Source: Barthelona sp. PCE
Lineage: Eukaryota
Direction: 5' to 3'
NCBI GenBank assembly: GCA_040285745.1
Contig: JAUFOR010000007.1
Coordinates: forward strand, 114,458 to 134,457
Length of the DNA: 20,000 bases
Program-made: the position numbers and the translations under genes
Part shown: one piece after another, positions 1 to 8,847 of the stretch
Position numbering within the stretch: position 1 is the stretch's first letter
Layout of the letters: every line of letters starts with the position of its first letter
The notes under the pieces: generated by a model
Told to the model about the DNA's origin: nothing
The model's database searches: none
What the model saw: only the letters and a program-made list of their open reading frames with translations

Positions 1-76
1 TCAGCAAAGCGCTTAAAAACAGGTATAGCGGTGTCCATATTAGAACAAAAACTGCAAGGAACCTTGGATAATTCAT
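1..76 (-). CDS. 5' end of a gene running off the window; hydrophobic N-terminus (signal peptide or TM helix)
   Basis: ATG at 76 (minus) opens MNYPRFLAVFVLIWTPLYLFLSALL to the window edge. It is preceded by a pyrimidine tract and the CCATTTCA motif (83-90) seen before other genes here. Not in the ORF track. Confidence 0.55.
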   Translation of the reverse strand, partial: MNYPRFLAVFVLIWTPLYLFLSALL

Positions 77-82
77 TGCAGC

Positions 83-90
83 TGAAATGG
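83..90 (-). promoter_or_regulatory. Initiator-like CCATTTCA
   Basis: 6 nt upstream of ATG 76, after a pyrimidine tract; identical 8-mer before LSm7 and ZnT. Confidence 0.5.
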
Positions 91-267
91 AGGAAAGAAA
101 ACAAGAAAACAGTTGCAAACTTTACTTAAAGTTTTTTTATCAGGCTTAACATGCATTTAAAAGATCAATATTTATCCAAAACGTATTAAAGTATTAATAA
201 AAAGATTTTAAACTTAAAACAGGTAATTGCCAGTTTATCTATCTCAACATAGGCACAAAAAATAATG

Positions 268-1851
268 TTATTCTACACATATTGGGTTCATCTGGGAACC
301 TAGAGGTGAAAAAAGGAAGGAATCCTGAGTCATGGAGTAAGTCTGAGCAGGTGAGGGCGACCATCTGGGTGAAGTTTGAGATGTGGGAGACATTATAGGA
401 GACATCACTGGTGATGTCTGGGTGTCCTGTGTGGGTGAAATCATATCAAACGTCAGTAAACTAGGTTGCTCCTGACTGCGACTCTTTCTCCTCTTCTTCT
501 TCTTCTTCTTCTGAGGGCTCACGCACTGTGAAAAGGAAGGGTAATCGTGTAAAGTGTGCTGGGAACGGGGCTTCTTGGATCCAATTTCCCGGTGCAATGG
601 AGTTCCGAAAAGTTGTGTGCAAATGCTACTGTCGCGTTCGAGGTATAGCGACTGTGACTGTGTGTAAGGGCTTTGCGACATACTGACGGGCCTCTTTCTG
701 GTAACGGAGAGGGAAGGCGTTACGAATCTAGAAAGATTCTTCACATTGTTGCTTGAATACGGTCGCTCAGCTTTGAAATTGAAAGGCTTTGGCTCCTCCA
801 ACAAATCAAACATTAGGGGCACCTCGTACAGCAAATCCGCAGGAATGACAATACTGCACTCATACCCGTTGGTGCGAATTCCGCGATCATCGTTCCCGAG
901 AGCGCTGATGCTGAGGTTGTGCGACCCAACCATAATGTATTTAAGCACACCGCCCGTGAACAGATAGAATACCTTAGCGTGGCTCATAGTTCCCTTTTTA
1001 AAAGGCATGAAACGGCACAGCACTCCAGACTCTTCTGCAGCATCTATTGAGGGCTGGAAAAAACACTTCCCCTGCTCCTCTATACCGTTATTGACGCAAT
1101 ACTGAAGCGAAGGCCAGTACACAAAAACATTCTGCTTGTGATTGACATCCTTGACATGCAAAGTCTCTTTTAACTGGTCAATGAAGCTATCGTGCAGCGA
1201 TCCTATGCTGGACACTGATATGTGGACCTCATCTATGATACATTCGCCGCCAATATCGACGATTGGGCTGGCTTGATTAGGTACGGTTGTGAGAAGCCGT
1301 ATCCTATCATCTAGGAAAGAAAAATCAAAGCCGAGGATGACCTCAGACGGTATACCGCAGTCCTGTAGGAACGCATAAAGGTCATTTCTGAATGTATTAC
1401 TTGCATATCTGTTCTTACTAACGCGACCAATCTTTGCAGGGAGATCTTTATACCAAAAAGCATTTACGCTTCTTTGGAAGTCGCCAATCACCAGGTTAGC
1501 GCTTGTTATGACCAAACGCATCGAGTTATCTGGAAAGAAAATCATCCAAATCTTTGGATGAAAACACTCCGTAGCACAAGTTTCCACTTCATGAATTGTT
1601 GTATTGTTGATTGTATACACGTCCCGCGGACAAAAATCATCCTGCGGATGTGAATAAATAGTTATTGGACAAGAAATTGTAAGAGATGCAAGAATTTCTG
1701 CAAGAGAATGATCGTATCGGTATGACGTCAGTATGCACGACGATGGGAGTAGTATTTGTGAATCAGACACCTTCTTAAAGATGCTCTTGACTTGTTTCAA
1801 CCCATTGTCTCCATTGGAAAAGAAAACGTGCTCATTCAGTTCTATATTCAT
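268..1851 (-). CDS. TDP1: Tyrosyl-DNA phosphodiesterase 1 (PLD superfamily) with a C-terminal S/T/P/Q-rich tail
   Basis: Two catalytic HxK motifs in TDP1 context: FHPKIWMIFF...RLVITSANL and MSHAKVFY...GSHNLSISALG...NGYECSIV; also SSIGSL and VYWPS motifs. Confidence 0.88.
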   Translation of the reverse strand: MNIELNEHVFFSNGDNGLKQVKSIFKKVSDSQILLPSSCILTSYRYDHSLAEILASLTISCPITIYSHPQDDFCPRDVYTINNTTIHEVETCATECFHPKIWMIFFPDNSMRLVITSANLVIGDFQRSVNAFWYKDLPAKIGRVSKNRYASNTFRNDLYAFLQDCGIPSEVILGFDFSFLDDRIRLLTTVPNQASPIVDIGGECIIDEVHISVSSIGSLHDSFIDQLKETLHVKDVNHKQNVFVYWPSLQYCVNNGIEEQGKCFFQPSIDAAEESGVLCRFMPFKKGTMSHAKVFYLFTGGVLKYIMVGSHNLSISALGNDDRGIRTNGYECSIVIPADLLYEVPLMFDLLEEPKPFNFKAERPYSSNNVKNLSRFVTPSLSVTRKRPVSMSQSPYTQSQSLYLERDSSICTQLFGTPLHREIGSKKPRSQHTLHDYPSFSQCVSPQKKKKKKRRKSRSQEQPSLLTFDMISPTQDTQTSPVMSPIMSPTSQTSPRWSPSPAQTYSMTQDSFLFSPLGSQMNPICVE

Positions 1852-1945
1852 TGTATTTGCATTGAAAGAATATAGTTATTGAAAAGGCGCAAAAATTATA
1901 TAACAAAAAATTCTCAGAATCAACGTTTTCATTTAATGTTTGTGT

Positions 1946-3157
1946 TTATTTCTTGTTAAAGACACCAGAAAATCTCTTAATGAAGTCATATGATGTGTTG
2001 GGGATCACATAAAAGATTGGGAAATAGGGAACCATATAGCGATCATGCGTAACCATACTGTGAAGTGTTTTGTTTTTTGGAATCTTAACCAATCGCGTTG
2101 ATTTCTCCACCATAGGTACCAATTCAAGGTTCTCAATACTTTTATCTTCGACAGAAACATCGTCATTGAAGTATTTGCAAATGGGAAGTGTCCAGTTCGT
2201 TTTGAAATAGAAATCAACAGAGTCAACTGTGTATCTTCCGTCCTTGTCCCACGTCGCCGGTGGTGCGCTTGGGCCAAATATTGTGTTAGCAAGCTCATGG
2301 AACGTCACGCTGGCCTCAACGTTGTGCAAGTAATCATTTTGCTCTGTTTCGGGATAGAGAAGCATCAACGGGAACGAGTATGTGCCCTCCTTTTCGTTGA
2401 TGATAAACTCCGACTGGGGCAGTGTAGTTTGCATGGGAAGCATGGGGAGACCAAGTGTAACACCAATGCGCTTCAATGGTTCATAATAGTCGTACTTCTG
2501 TAGTGTCTGCTCCGACTCCGTCTTCTGTTTAAGCAATAATTCGATCTGAGCAGCGAGCTTCTTGAACGGCACGTTGTCGGGCTGATGGTCTATGGCCATG
2601 TTAACATATGAGTGCGCCTCTTCAAGCTTTGACAGCTGGATGCACGCCTTGGCAGCACGGAACATACTCTTAAAATGCTCAGCATCAATTCTTAAAGCAA
2701 GTTGACTCGATTCAAGGGAAGAACGCCAGTTTTCCATGTATAGATATGCCTGAGCACGGTTAGAAAGCAGGGCTACCCGCAGTTTATCATTGTCGAAATC
2801 TTCCTGAAGACCTTTGGTATAATGATGACAGGCATTCATGATCATTTGACGTGTTCTCACTCGTAGATATGTGTGTAAACAGTCATTACCGGACTTCTTG
2901 CACTGCTCTGCCCTATCCTCAGGTGTAGAATCGGAATACATGATAGATTGCAATGCTTCCATACCTTGTGCAAGGTTTGGATTATCTTTCGCATCGTTGG
3001 GGTTTGCAAATAGAGGCATGTCCTCAATTGGAGCAACTCCCTGCATTGGATCAGTACCCTGGGGCAAAACAGATCGATCAAGCCCTTCATGAGGTACAAA
3101 TTCTGTTTTTTCTGGTTCTGGAGCAACCATAACCTTGAGTTCCTTTCCCTCAGTCAT
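1946..3157 (-). CDS. TTC4: TTC4/Cns1-like Hsp70/Hsp90 TPR co-chaperone
   Basis: MPLF motif, EALQSIMY..TPEDRAEQCKKSGN, three TPRs (LLSNRAQA, KSMFRAAKACIQL) and a C-terminal FPLMLLYPETEQNDY...PATWD segment resembling the Cns1/TTC4 wheel domain. Confidence 0.88.
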   Translation of the reverse strand: MTEGKELKVMVAPEPEKTEFVPHEGLDRSVLPQGTDPMQGVAPIEDMPLFANPNDAKDNPNLAQGMEALQSIMYSDSTPEDRAEQCKKSGNDCLHTYLRVRTRQMIMNACHHYTKGLQEDFDNDKLRVALLSNRAQAYLYMENWRSSLESSQLALRIDAEHFKSMFRAAKACIQLSKLEEAHSYVNMAIDHQPDNVPFKKLAAQIELLLKQKTESEQTLQKYDYYEPLKRIGVTLGLPMLPMQTTLPQSEFIINEKEGTYSFPLMLLYPETEQNDYLHNVEASVTFHELANTIFGPSAPPATWDKDGRYTVDSVDFYFKTNWTLPICKYFNDDVSVEDKSIENLELVPMVEKSTRLVKIPKNKTLHSMVTHDRYMVPYFPIFYVIPNTSYDFIKRFSGVFNKK

Positions 3158-3237
3158 TAAAAAAGTTGTTAATTGTGATGAACAAAAGAAAAAGTAGTAA
3201 ATCGATTACCAATAAATGATATTTACAAACGTAGTTC

Positions 3238-5703
3238 TCAAGCTCCAACAAAGCAGTCAATGAAGGAAACAACATCATGTTTGAAAGAAGGAAGCAGATC
3301 GAGTAAATTCAATACATAATCTCTGAAAAGAACAATTGTGTCGCGGATGTTTGAATTGTGAATGGTGTTGTACAGTTCGGAATCAACCTCACTGTAATTC
3401 TTATATTGCTTGAAAGCATCCAACAGCTCATTGTATTGCTCATCAGTTACACTGGCAAACTCCAAAATGTTTTTGTGAATGGTGTCCAGACTACGATCAT
3501 CAATATTAGCGTTCCAGATAGAGTCTGGACTGCGTGCAAACTTGCGCAACGAGAGCTCTTTGACAGAACAAGTACCAAACGCAAGGAAGGGAGCAAGAAT
3601 ATCACGTACAACCATGAAGTCCAGGTTTTCATCGTTAAACATAGTGGGACTAGCAAAGTAGTCTGTGTAACAGTGAGAGATAATATCACGTGCCTCAGTG
3701 GTTGTGAGCTTCTCGGTGCCCTTAAAGTCAAGCTCCAAACCAAAGTCGAAGGAGTAAATCTCCTTCATCGTTGCCATTGCTTCAGCCATAACGATCAAGA
3801 TAATACTGCTATCATGCGCGCGGTACACAAGATCGCGGACAAAGCCTTTCATGTCTGGGTTGTAACCTGATCTTTCATCGTAACCGATGAGCGATTCAAC
3901 ATCGGTAAGTACGAGGACTGCTCTGTCGCAACCAGTCGCCATGCTGAAATGTGCTGAGATCTTGGCCATTCGGTCGCGCGGGGCCTCCTGGCGATAATCC
4001 TTGCCATCGATGAGCTTCACAAAGTTTGGTCGCAGGTCCTTGAGAACCTTGAACATAAAGTTGCGGGCGTCTGTCCTGCGTGTGTCACCTGTGAGTAGGA
4101 TCGAAGCACCCTCATTGTAATCGAGCTGAACTGAGACGTACTCCTCGAACTGTTGTTTGTATGACGTGAGAAGATCAGAATATGGCTTGAACGTGACCTT
4201 ATCTGCCTCATCAAAGAACTTCTGGGCACCGTGTGTGGATGATACCAACTGTAATGCGTTTAACAGATGCTCTTGTCTTACCACGAACAAATCATCACCG
4301 TAATCCCTCTCCATTGATGCAGCTAGAGTACGTGCATCCTGGAACGCAAGCATCTGTGCCTGGGTACAAACAGAACGGATGTCTGCGCCTGAATAGTTGG
4401 GTGTTCTTCTCGCCATCTCAACCAGGTCGACGTCTTCAGCAAAGTAGGGAGTCAGTCTCTGTGAGTGAATTGCAAAAATGTTTTGACGCCCATTAAAGTC
4501 GGGGAGCGGAATCTCGAGCTGAATTTCGAAACGACCGGGTCTCAACAGAGCCTCATCGATGAGATCTCTTCTGTTTGTCATACCAATGACGATGAAGTTG
4601 TCGAACAGCTCAACACCCTCCATGATTGCCAACAACTGGTTGATGATACCGTCTGTGTTGGCGCCTGAACCTGACATGTTACGCTGTCGAGTGATGGCAT
4701 CAATCTCATCGAGTATAATGAGGTGGAGGTCTGCAAACTCTCCATTCTCATCAAAATCCTTCTTCGCTTCTGCAAACAGGTTACGGATATTCTCCTCAGC
4801 CTGACCAACGTATTTGTTGAGAATCTCGGTTGCCGCCTTAATGACGGGCTTACGCGTCTTGAGTATCTCACCAATAGTACGTGCCAGGAGGGTCTTTCCA
4901 TTACCAGGAGGACCGTACAGCAGGAGGCCGATGGGAGGGCGATACCGTTCATCCTTGAGAGAGGCAGGTGTCATTCGTGGGTATAGCAGGGATGTGATGA
5001 TTCGCTTAAACATGTTGTCCATGCCACCGATACCCTTCTGCTGAAGAATAGAGCCCATGTCGTCAACGATTTTCTGAATGTTTCGATTTTCTTTGAAGTT
5101 GACACCGTCAGAGCCATCGTACACGATAGTGCACTTTTCTACGTTGGAGGGGAGCCTGCCGATAGTTTCCTCGTGAATGCATTTCATTTCGCTTACAGTT
5201 GCTATCAAGTTGTTACCTTGGTACTGAAAAAGAATGTTTGACCCTAAATCAATTGGAGCACCATCCAGAGCTTCCAATACCGCTGCCTCGAATACCTCCA
5301 TGGTCTCCCTTGTGATAACAATGTTATCATGCTTCTTAGCAAGATGTGCAATTGTAAAAGTTACATTGCTGATGCGTCCGATTTGATCATCGGATACTGG
5401 TTCGAGAATCATGTTCTGTCCGTCGAGACTGCTTCCTCCACGAACACGAATTGTGATTCCCAATGAAGTACGTTGGGGACCGCTCATATAAACCTTTCCA
5501 TCAACACCCTCGCATACTTCAAACTTAAAAATGTGCTTATGCTCAGGTTTGTTAACGTTAGTGAGGAAACCAAAACCGTGCGGAGGTAAAATTCGTGTGG
5601 GATCGGAATTGACATACATACGATGTTTATATGCCAATGATGTGCTTGAATGAGTACCCACACCGTAAATGATGGGCGATGCTTCACTTTTTGGATCGGA
5701 CAT
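3238..5703 (-). CDS. NSF: Vesicle-fusing AAA+ ATPase NSF/Sec18, with a degenerate D2 module
   Basis: D1: GIGGMD, LLLYGPPGNGKTLLAR, EILNKYVGQAEENIRNLF, LHLIILDEIDAI, VIGMTNRRDLIDEALLRPGRFE, all NSF-type. Start set at the first ATG (5703, MSDPKS), with CCATTTCG 13 nt upstream; the ORF track used a TTG at 5781. Confidence 0.9.
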   Translation of the reverse strand: MSDPKSEASPIIYGVGTHSSTSLAYKHRMYVNSDPTRILPPHGFGFLTNVNKPEHKHIFKFEVCEGVDGKVYMSGPQRTSLGITIRVRGGSSLDGQNMILEPVSDDQIGRISNVTFTIAHLAKKHDNIVITRETMEVFEAAVLEALDGAPIDLGSNILFQYQGNNLIATVSEMKCIHEETIGRLPSNVEKCTIVYDGSDGVNFKENRNIQKIVDDMGSILQQKGIGGMDNMFKRIITSLLYPRMTPASLKDERYRPPIGLLLYGPPGNGKTLLARTIGEILKTRKPVIKAATEILNKYVGQAEENIRNLFAEAKKDFDENGEFADLHLIILDEIDAITRQRNMSGSGANTDGIINQLLAIMEGVELFDNFIVIGMTNRRDLIDEALLRPGRFEIQLEIPLPDFNGRQNIFAIHSQRLTPYFAEDVDLVEMARRTPNYSGADIRSVCTQAQMLAFQDARTLAASMERDYGDDLFVVRQEHLLNALQLVSSTHGAQKFFDEADKVTFKPYSDLLTSYKQQFEEYVSVQLDYNEGASILLTGDTRRTDARNFMFKVLKDLRPNFVKLIDGKDYRQEAPRDRMAKISAHFSMATGCDRAVLVLTDVESLIGYDERSGYNPDMKGFVRDLVYRAHDSSIILIVMAEAMATMKEIYSFDFGLELDFKGTEKLTTTEARDIISHCYTDYFASPTMFNDENLDFMVVRDILAPFLAFGTCSVKELSLRKFARSPDSIWNANIDDRSLDTIHKNILEFASVTDEQYNELLDAFKQYKNYSEVDSELYNTIHNSNIRDTIVLFRDYVLNLLDLLPSFKHDVVSFIDCFVGA

Positions 5704-5716
5704 TAAAAATGTGTAG

Positions 5717-5724
5717 CGAAATGG
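5717..5724 (-). promoter_or_regulatory. Initiator-like CCATTTCG
   Basis: 13 nt upstream of the NSF ATG, after a pyrimidine tract. Confidence 0.45.
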
Positions 5725-5893
5725 CAAAAGAAATGTTATACAAGCAGCTTGACGCTTCTGTTCTGGTTTTAGCAGCTTCAAGTTTCAGCTAGTCGTGTTG
5801 AGATACTTTAGAAAATTAAAAACAAAGGTTCTTGACCATAATTGTTGTAACATATTTTTCTTTGCATATCAGCCATATGTTTTAATTTAATTG

Positions 5894-7687
5894 ATGAATT
5901 TTACTCCAATGGTAGAGGACAGTGAAGGGGGCACACCAGGAGCGGCTACTAGCACTTTTCTCACAGATCTTATTATAGATAACGACGCAGAAGCTACAGA
6001 ATTTGAAATCCCAGAGATGAGGGATGGGGGAAACGCACCTTACATTGAACTCCCAGATGAAATTAGGCTTTTAGATGTAATACATAGTATTATTCATCAG
6101 CGACAGATTCAAGATCCATATATTTGTGGAATTCTTGTTACAGATCTTCTGTTGGAGTATTTTGCGTCGCTGTACTGGTTTTTTATGTTCGATGCGTTTG
6201 AGGACACATACATTGATGTACTATTAAACAAAAAGGAGTCTACAGCACACAGTCCGTTGCTGGAGTTACGCGTCAACGAACAATATACGCGCCAAAAGCG
6301 CATGATGAAGCGAAGCGTCCGTAACATAGGTATGCTCATGATGAGTGTCAGCGAGCTTTTATTAACGAGCGTTCGTCCTTTTGTACCAAAGGCGCTGGAC
6401 GTCATTGACTTCTCCCGTGTGTCAACTGCAAAACAGACAACGACACCTAAGGATGAGGAGAAGGAACCACGCAGCATAATACACACAGTGTTGCACAGTC
6501 ACCGCACACATCGTGTGATCCAGCAGCATAATATAATATTTAACAAGAACCACAAGCCCCCGATCACGTATGTAACTCGTTCAGTGAAGCGATTAGGATC
6601 GAAGGATATTCAGGTTATCTTCGACAACTTCTTTGCTCTCCTGCCGGATATCAGTGCAGAGGTTGTCTTTACCCTGCTTGTTATAGCGCACCCGTACCAA
6701 CGTGAGGCCTTGCAACAGCGCAGTTATGTTGTTACTTTACAGGAACAGCTGGGAGTTTTGTTAAGCGGTGTGAATAAGAGCGACAGTTATTATGAAAAAG
6801 CCATGGGGAGATGGAACAACGTCTTCCTCATCAACTTCTTCAAGAACTTTGATAAGCTGAATCTGATCAAAAACATGAAACACCGCATTGTAGAGAAGAA
6901 CATCCAAAAATTGTTAAAAAGGTTGAAAAGAAAGAAATTTAATCTACCCAATGAGCTAGAGGAGCTCAAAAATGAAATGCGAGGTATCAAAAACCGAAAG
7001 AAGAACTTCAAAAAAATCATGAACAATTTGAATGCAAAGGATTTCTATGAGTTGCGCAACGATAACGCTCTTGATACATATATGAAGGAGCGTTACGAGA
7101 ACATATCACGGTACATTGAGGACAGCGTGTCATTGAAACGGAATCAGCTCAGAAAGCTGAAAGTGTACAATCCAGAAGTTTCAACACGAGTACCCTCAAA
7201 GGAAACCCCAGTTCCAGTGGTGCCGACAATTAACCTTAAGAAGCTGAAGAAGGAACCAATTTTTGTGAGGAAAACAAATCGTTTCGATCTTAAAGGTACA
7301 ACCAGGCTTGTTGACGCTCTTCTGACAAACAGAAATGTGAAACGCAAGAAACCTTCTTCCGGTAAGGCTACCCGTATATTCTCTGCAGCTCCAAAGACCG
7401 AGCGTATTCAACGCGTGGAGAAAGGTTACAATAACACAGTTGTCCTAAACAATACACAACTGATACACAGGGACTATTCTTCGATAGCAGCTGCTCCTGA
7501 GTTGGATAAGGTGCGTAGTATAGTTACTAAATCAAAGAAGCGTGTGCAGACAGAGTTGAAGTTGCTCAGGAAAAGTACGGAAGAGCATTCAAAGGAGCTT
7601 AGTGATACGTTCAGCCGCATGACTTATATGGAAAGGAAGCAATTAGCAGACCAATTGGCGGGTTTTAGGCAACCGTTTGAGGAGTAA
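5894..7687 (+). CDS. FAM227-like (FWWh-domain-like) protein with a basic, coiled-coil C-terminal half
   Basis: Intact 597-aa ORF from ATG 5894. Segments IELPDEI, YFASLYWFFMF, KRMMKRSVRNIGMLMM, DNFFALLPDISAEVVFTLLVIAHP and LGVLLSGV occur in the order I recall for the FAM227 FWWh domain; recognised by eye only. Confidence 0.55.
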   Translation: MNFTPMVEDSEGGTPGAATSTFLTDLIIDNDAEATEFEIPEMRDGGNAPYIELPDEIRLLDVIHSIIHQRQIQDPYICGILVTDLLLEYFASLYWFFMFDAFEDTYIDVLLNKKESTAHSPLLELRVNEQYTRQKRMMKRSVRNIGMLMMSVSELLLTSVRPFVPKALDVIDFSRVSTAKQTTTPKDEEKEPRSIIHTVLHSHRTHRVIQQHNIIFNKNHKPPITYVTRSVKRLGSKDIQVIFDNFFALLPDISAEVVFTLLVIAHPYQREALQQRSYVVTLQEQLGVLLSGVNKSDSYYEKAMGRWNNVFLINFFKNFDKLNLIKNMKHRIVEKNIQKLLKRLKRKKFNLPNELEELKNEMRGIKNRKKNFKKIMNNLNAKDFYELRNDNALDTYMKERYENISRYIEDSVSLKRNQLRKLKVYNPEVSTRVPSKETPVPVVPTINLKKLKKEPIFVRKTNRFDLKGTTRLVDALLTNRNVKRKKPSSGKATRIFSAAPKTERIQRVEKGYNNTVVLNNTQLIHRDYSSIAAAPELDKVRSIVTKSKKRVQTELKLLRKSTEEHSKELSDTFSRMTYMERKQLADQLAGFRQPFEE

Positions 7688-7718
7688 ACAATATTTTCAC
7701 ATTTTTTTATTCTATGTT

Positions 7719-8576
7719 TTAGACCAGCTCCAAAACGCGTTCGTCAAGGTATTGTTTAATCTCGTGTGCCTCTGCGAACTTACCACTCCTGTATAAAGCC
7801 ACATACAAATTTTGCCAAATGGCAGGAGATCTTTCGCCAACAGTTACAAGTTTGCACACACGCTCTGCCTCTTCAGCGTCACCTATTGTGATGTACAATC
7901 CTGCACAAATCTCAACAAGAAGCATTGTGTTTTCGTATCTGAGCATTAGCGCATCAATATCCCTAATTGAATCAACCACCTTGGCGCTAGGGTCTTCCTT
8001 AAGGTGGACGTTGTGTAAGTTAAGGGACCCGGAATTGGAGCCCTGATAGTGAGGATGATTCGCAGCAACAAGGTTAATCATGGCAAGAAGAAGCTTGACA
8101 ATGGGGTTGAACTGAGCTCTAACGCTCTCTTCAACTTCGTCCAATATCTTGTAGGCCTTTGCAACCTGGCGCATCTGTAACAGAGATTGTACGGCATAAA
8201 AAACAACATCAATGATTGTGTTTGGGAAATCAGTTGCAATGTACAGTTCTAGTGCTTCGTTGAACCTACCAAGCTTTGTATATATGTACATGAGCGCGAT
8301 TTTATCCTGCAACGATTCCTGATTCTGAAGAAGGATGTTGAGCTTTTCAAGAGAAAATTCTAGCTCAATATCTGCAACGTAGTATACGCAGTCCTTATCA
8401 GACTCATATTTCTCAAGGTATTTCTCTGCCCCGTCCAGTTTTAACTCAGACCACTTCGAATAGAATAACAAATCTTCTGTTTCTTTAGCATTCTGTGCAA
8501 TATCCAAAGCAGATGCATAGTTTTGGAGGTAACAATAAGAGATAACGTCCCTCAGTTGGGTATCCTGGTAATCCAT
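7719..8576 (-). CDS. COPE: Coatomer subunit epsilon (COPI, Sec28), divergent
   Basis: 285-aa TPR-like helical protein. N-terminal QLRDVISYCYLQNYASAL, AVQSLLQMRQVAKAYKIL and RYENTMLLVEICAGLYITIGDAEEAE match the epsilon-COP pattern. Confidence 0.72.
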   Translation of the reverse strand: MDYQDTQLRDVISYCYLQNYASALDIAQNAKETEDLLFYSKWSELKLDGAEKYLEKYESDKDCVYYVADIELEFSLEKLNILLQNQESLQDKIALMYIYTKLGRFNEALELYIATDFPNTIIDVVFYAVQSLLQMRQVAKAYKILDEVEESVRAQFNPIVKLLLAMINLVAANHPHYQGSNSGSLNLHNVHLKEDPSAKVVDSIRDIDALMLRYENTMLLVEICAGLYITIGDAEEAERVCKLVTVGERSPAIWQNLYVALYRSGKFAEAHEIKQYLDERVLELV

Positions 8577-8582
8577 GCTTAA

Positions 8583-8590
8583 AGAGATGG
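8583..8590 (-). promoter_or_regulatory. Initiator-like CCATCTCT
   Basis: 6 nt upstream of the COPE ATG, after a T run. Confidence 0.4.
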
Positions 8591-8808
8591 GAAAAAAACT
8601 ATAACAACGTTTAAGCTGAATTTATCCGATAGTAAATTTCACAAACTGGCTTAATATACATGTAAGTTGAGATTTTTACCTTGAAAATACTAAAAACTCA
8701 ATATACTTCATGCCCTGCAGAAATTCTTTTCAAAGCTGTATGTGACATGCATGTGGGAGAATTGTGAGTTTTGTGGGGAAATTCAAATCCACAAAATTGT
8801 CATTCAAG

Positions 8809-8846
8809 GTATGTAATCGTTTCCTTTTTTTTTACTTTCTTCAAAG
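8809..8846 (+). other. Putative 38-nt spliceosomal intron in the NuoF 5' UTR
   Basis: CAAG|GTATGT donor, polypyrimidine tract and TTCAAAG| acceptor 1 nt before ATG 8848. An Inr-like TCATTCA (8800-8806) sits just before the donor. Confidence 0.55.
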
Positions 8847-8847
8847 A

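Noticed and set aside
1-129. Plus-strand open frame ending at TAA 127-129
   Set aside because: Best explained as the antisense of the minus-strand gene, which has an ATG, the promoter motif and a signal-like peptide; not fully excluded.
3173-3182. TTGTGATGAA, repeated at 10617-10626, as a snoRNA C box
   Set aside because: No convincing D box or terminal stem in these short spacers; more likely the reverse complement of a promoter motif.
5704-5781. N-terminal extension of NSF from TTG 5781
   Set aside because: Non-ATG start in a eukaryote; the region contains the Inr-like motif and pyrimidine tract.
8769-8796. 8-bp inverted repeat TTTTGTGG...CCACAAAA upstream of NuoF
   Set aside because: Short and AT-rich; chance occurrence cannot be excluded and there is no second instance.
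8764-8847. N-terminal extension of NuoF from GTG 8764
   Set aside because: Non-ATG start; the Phe-rich peptide is a translated polypyrimidine tract or putative intron.
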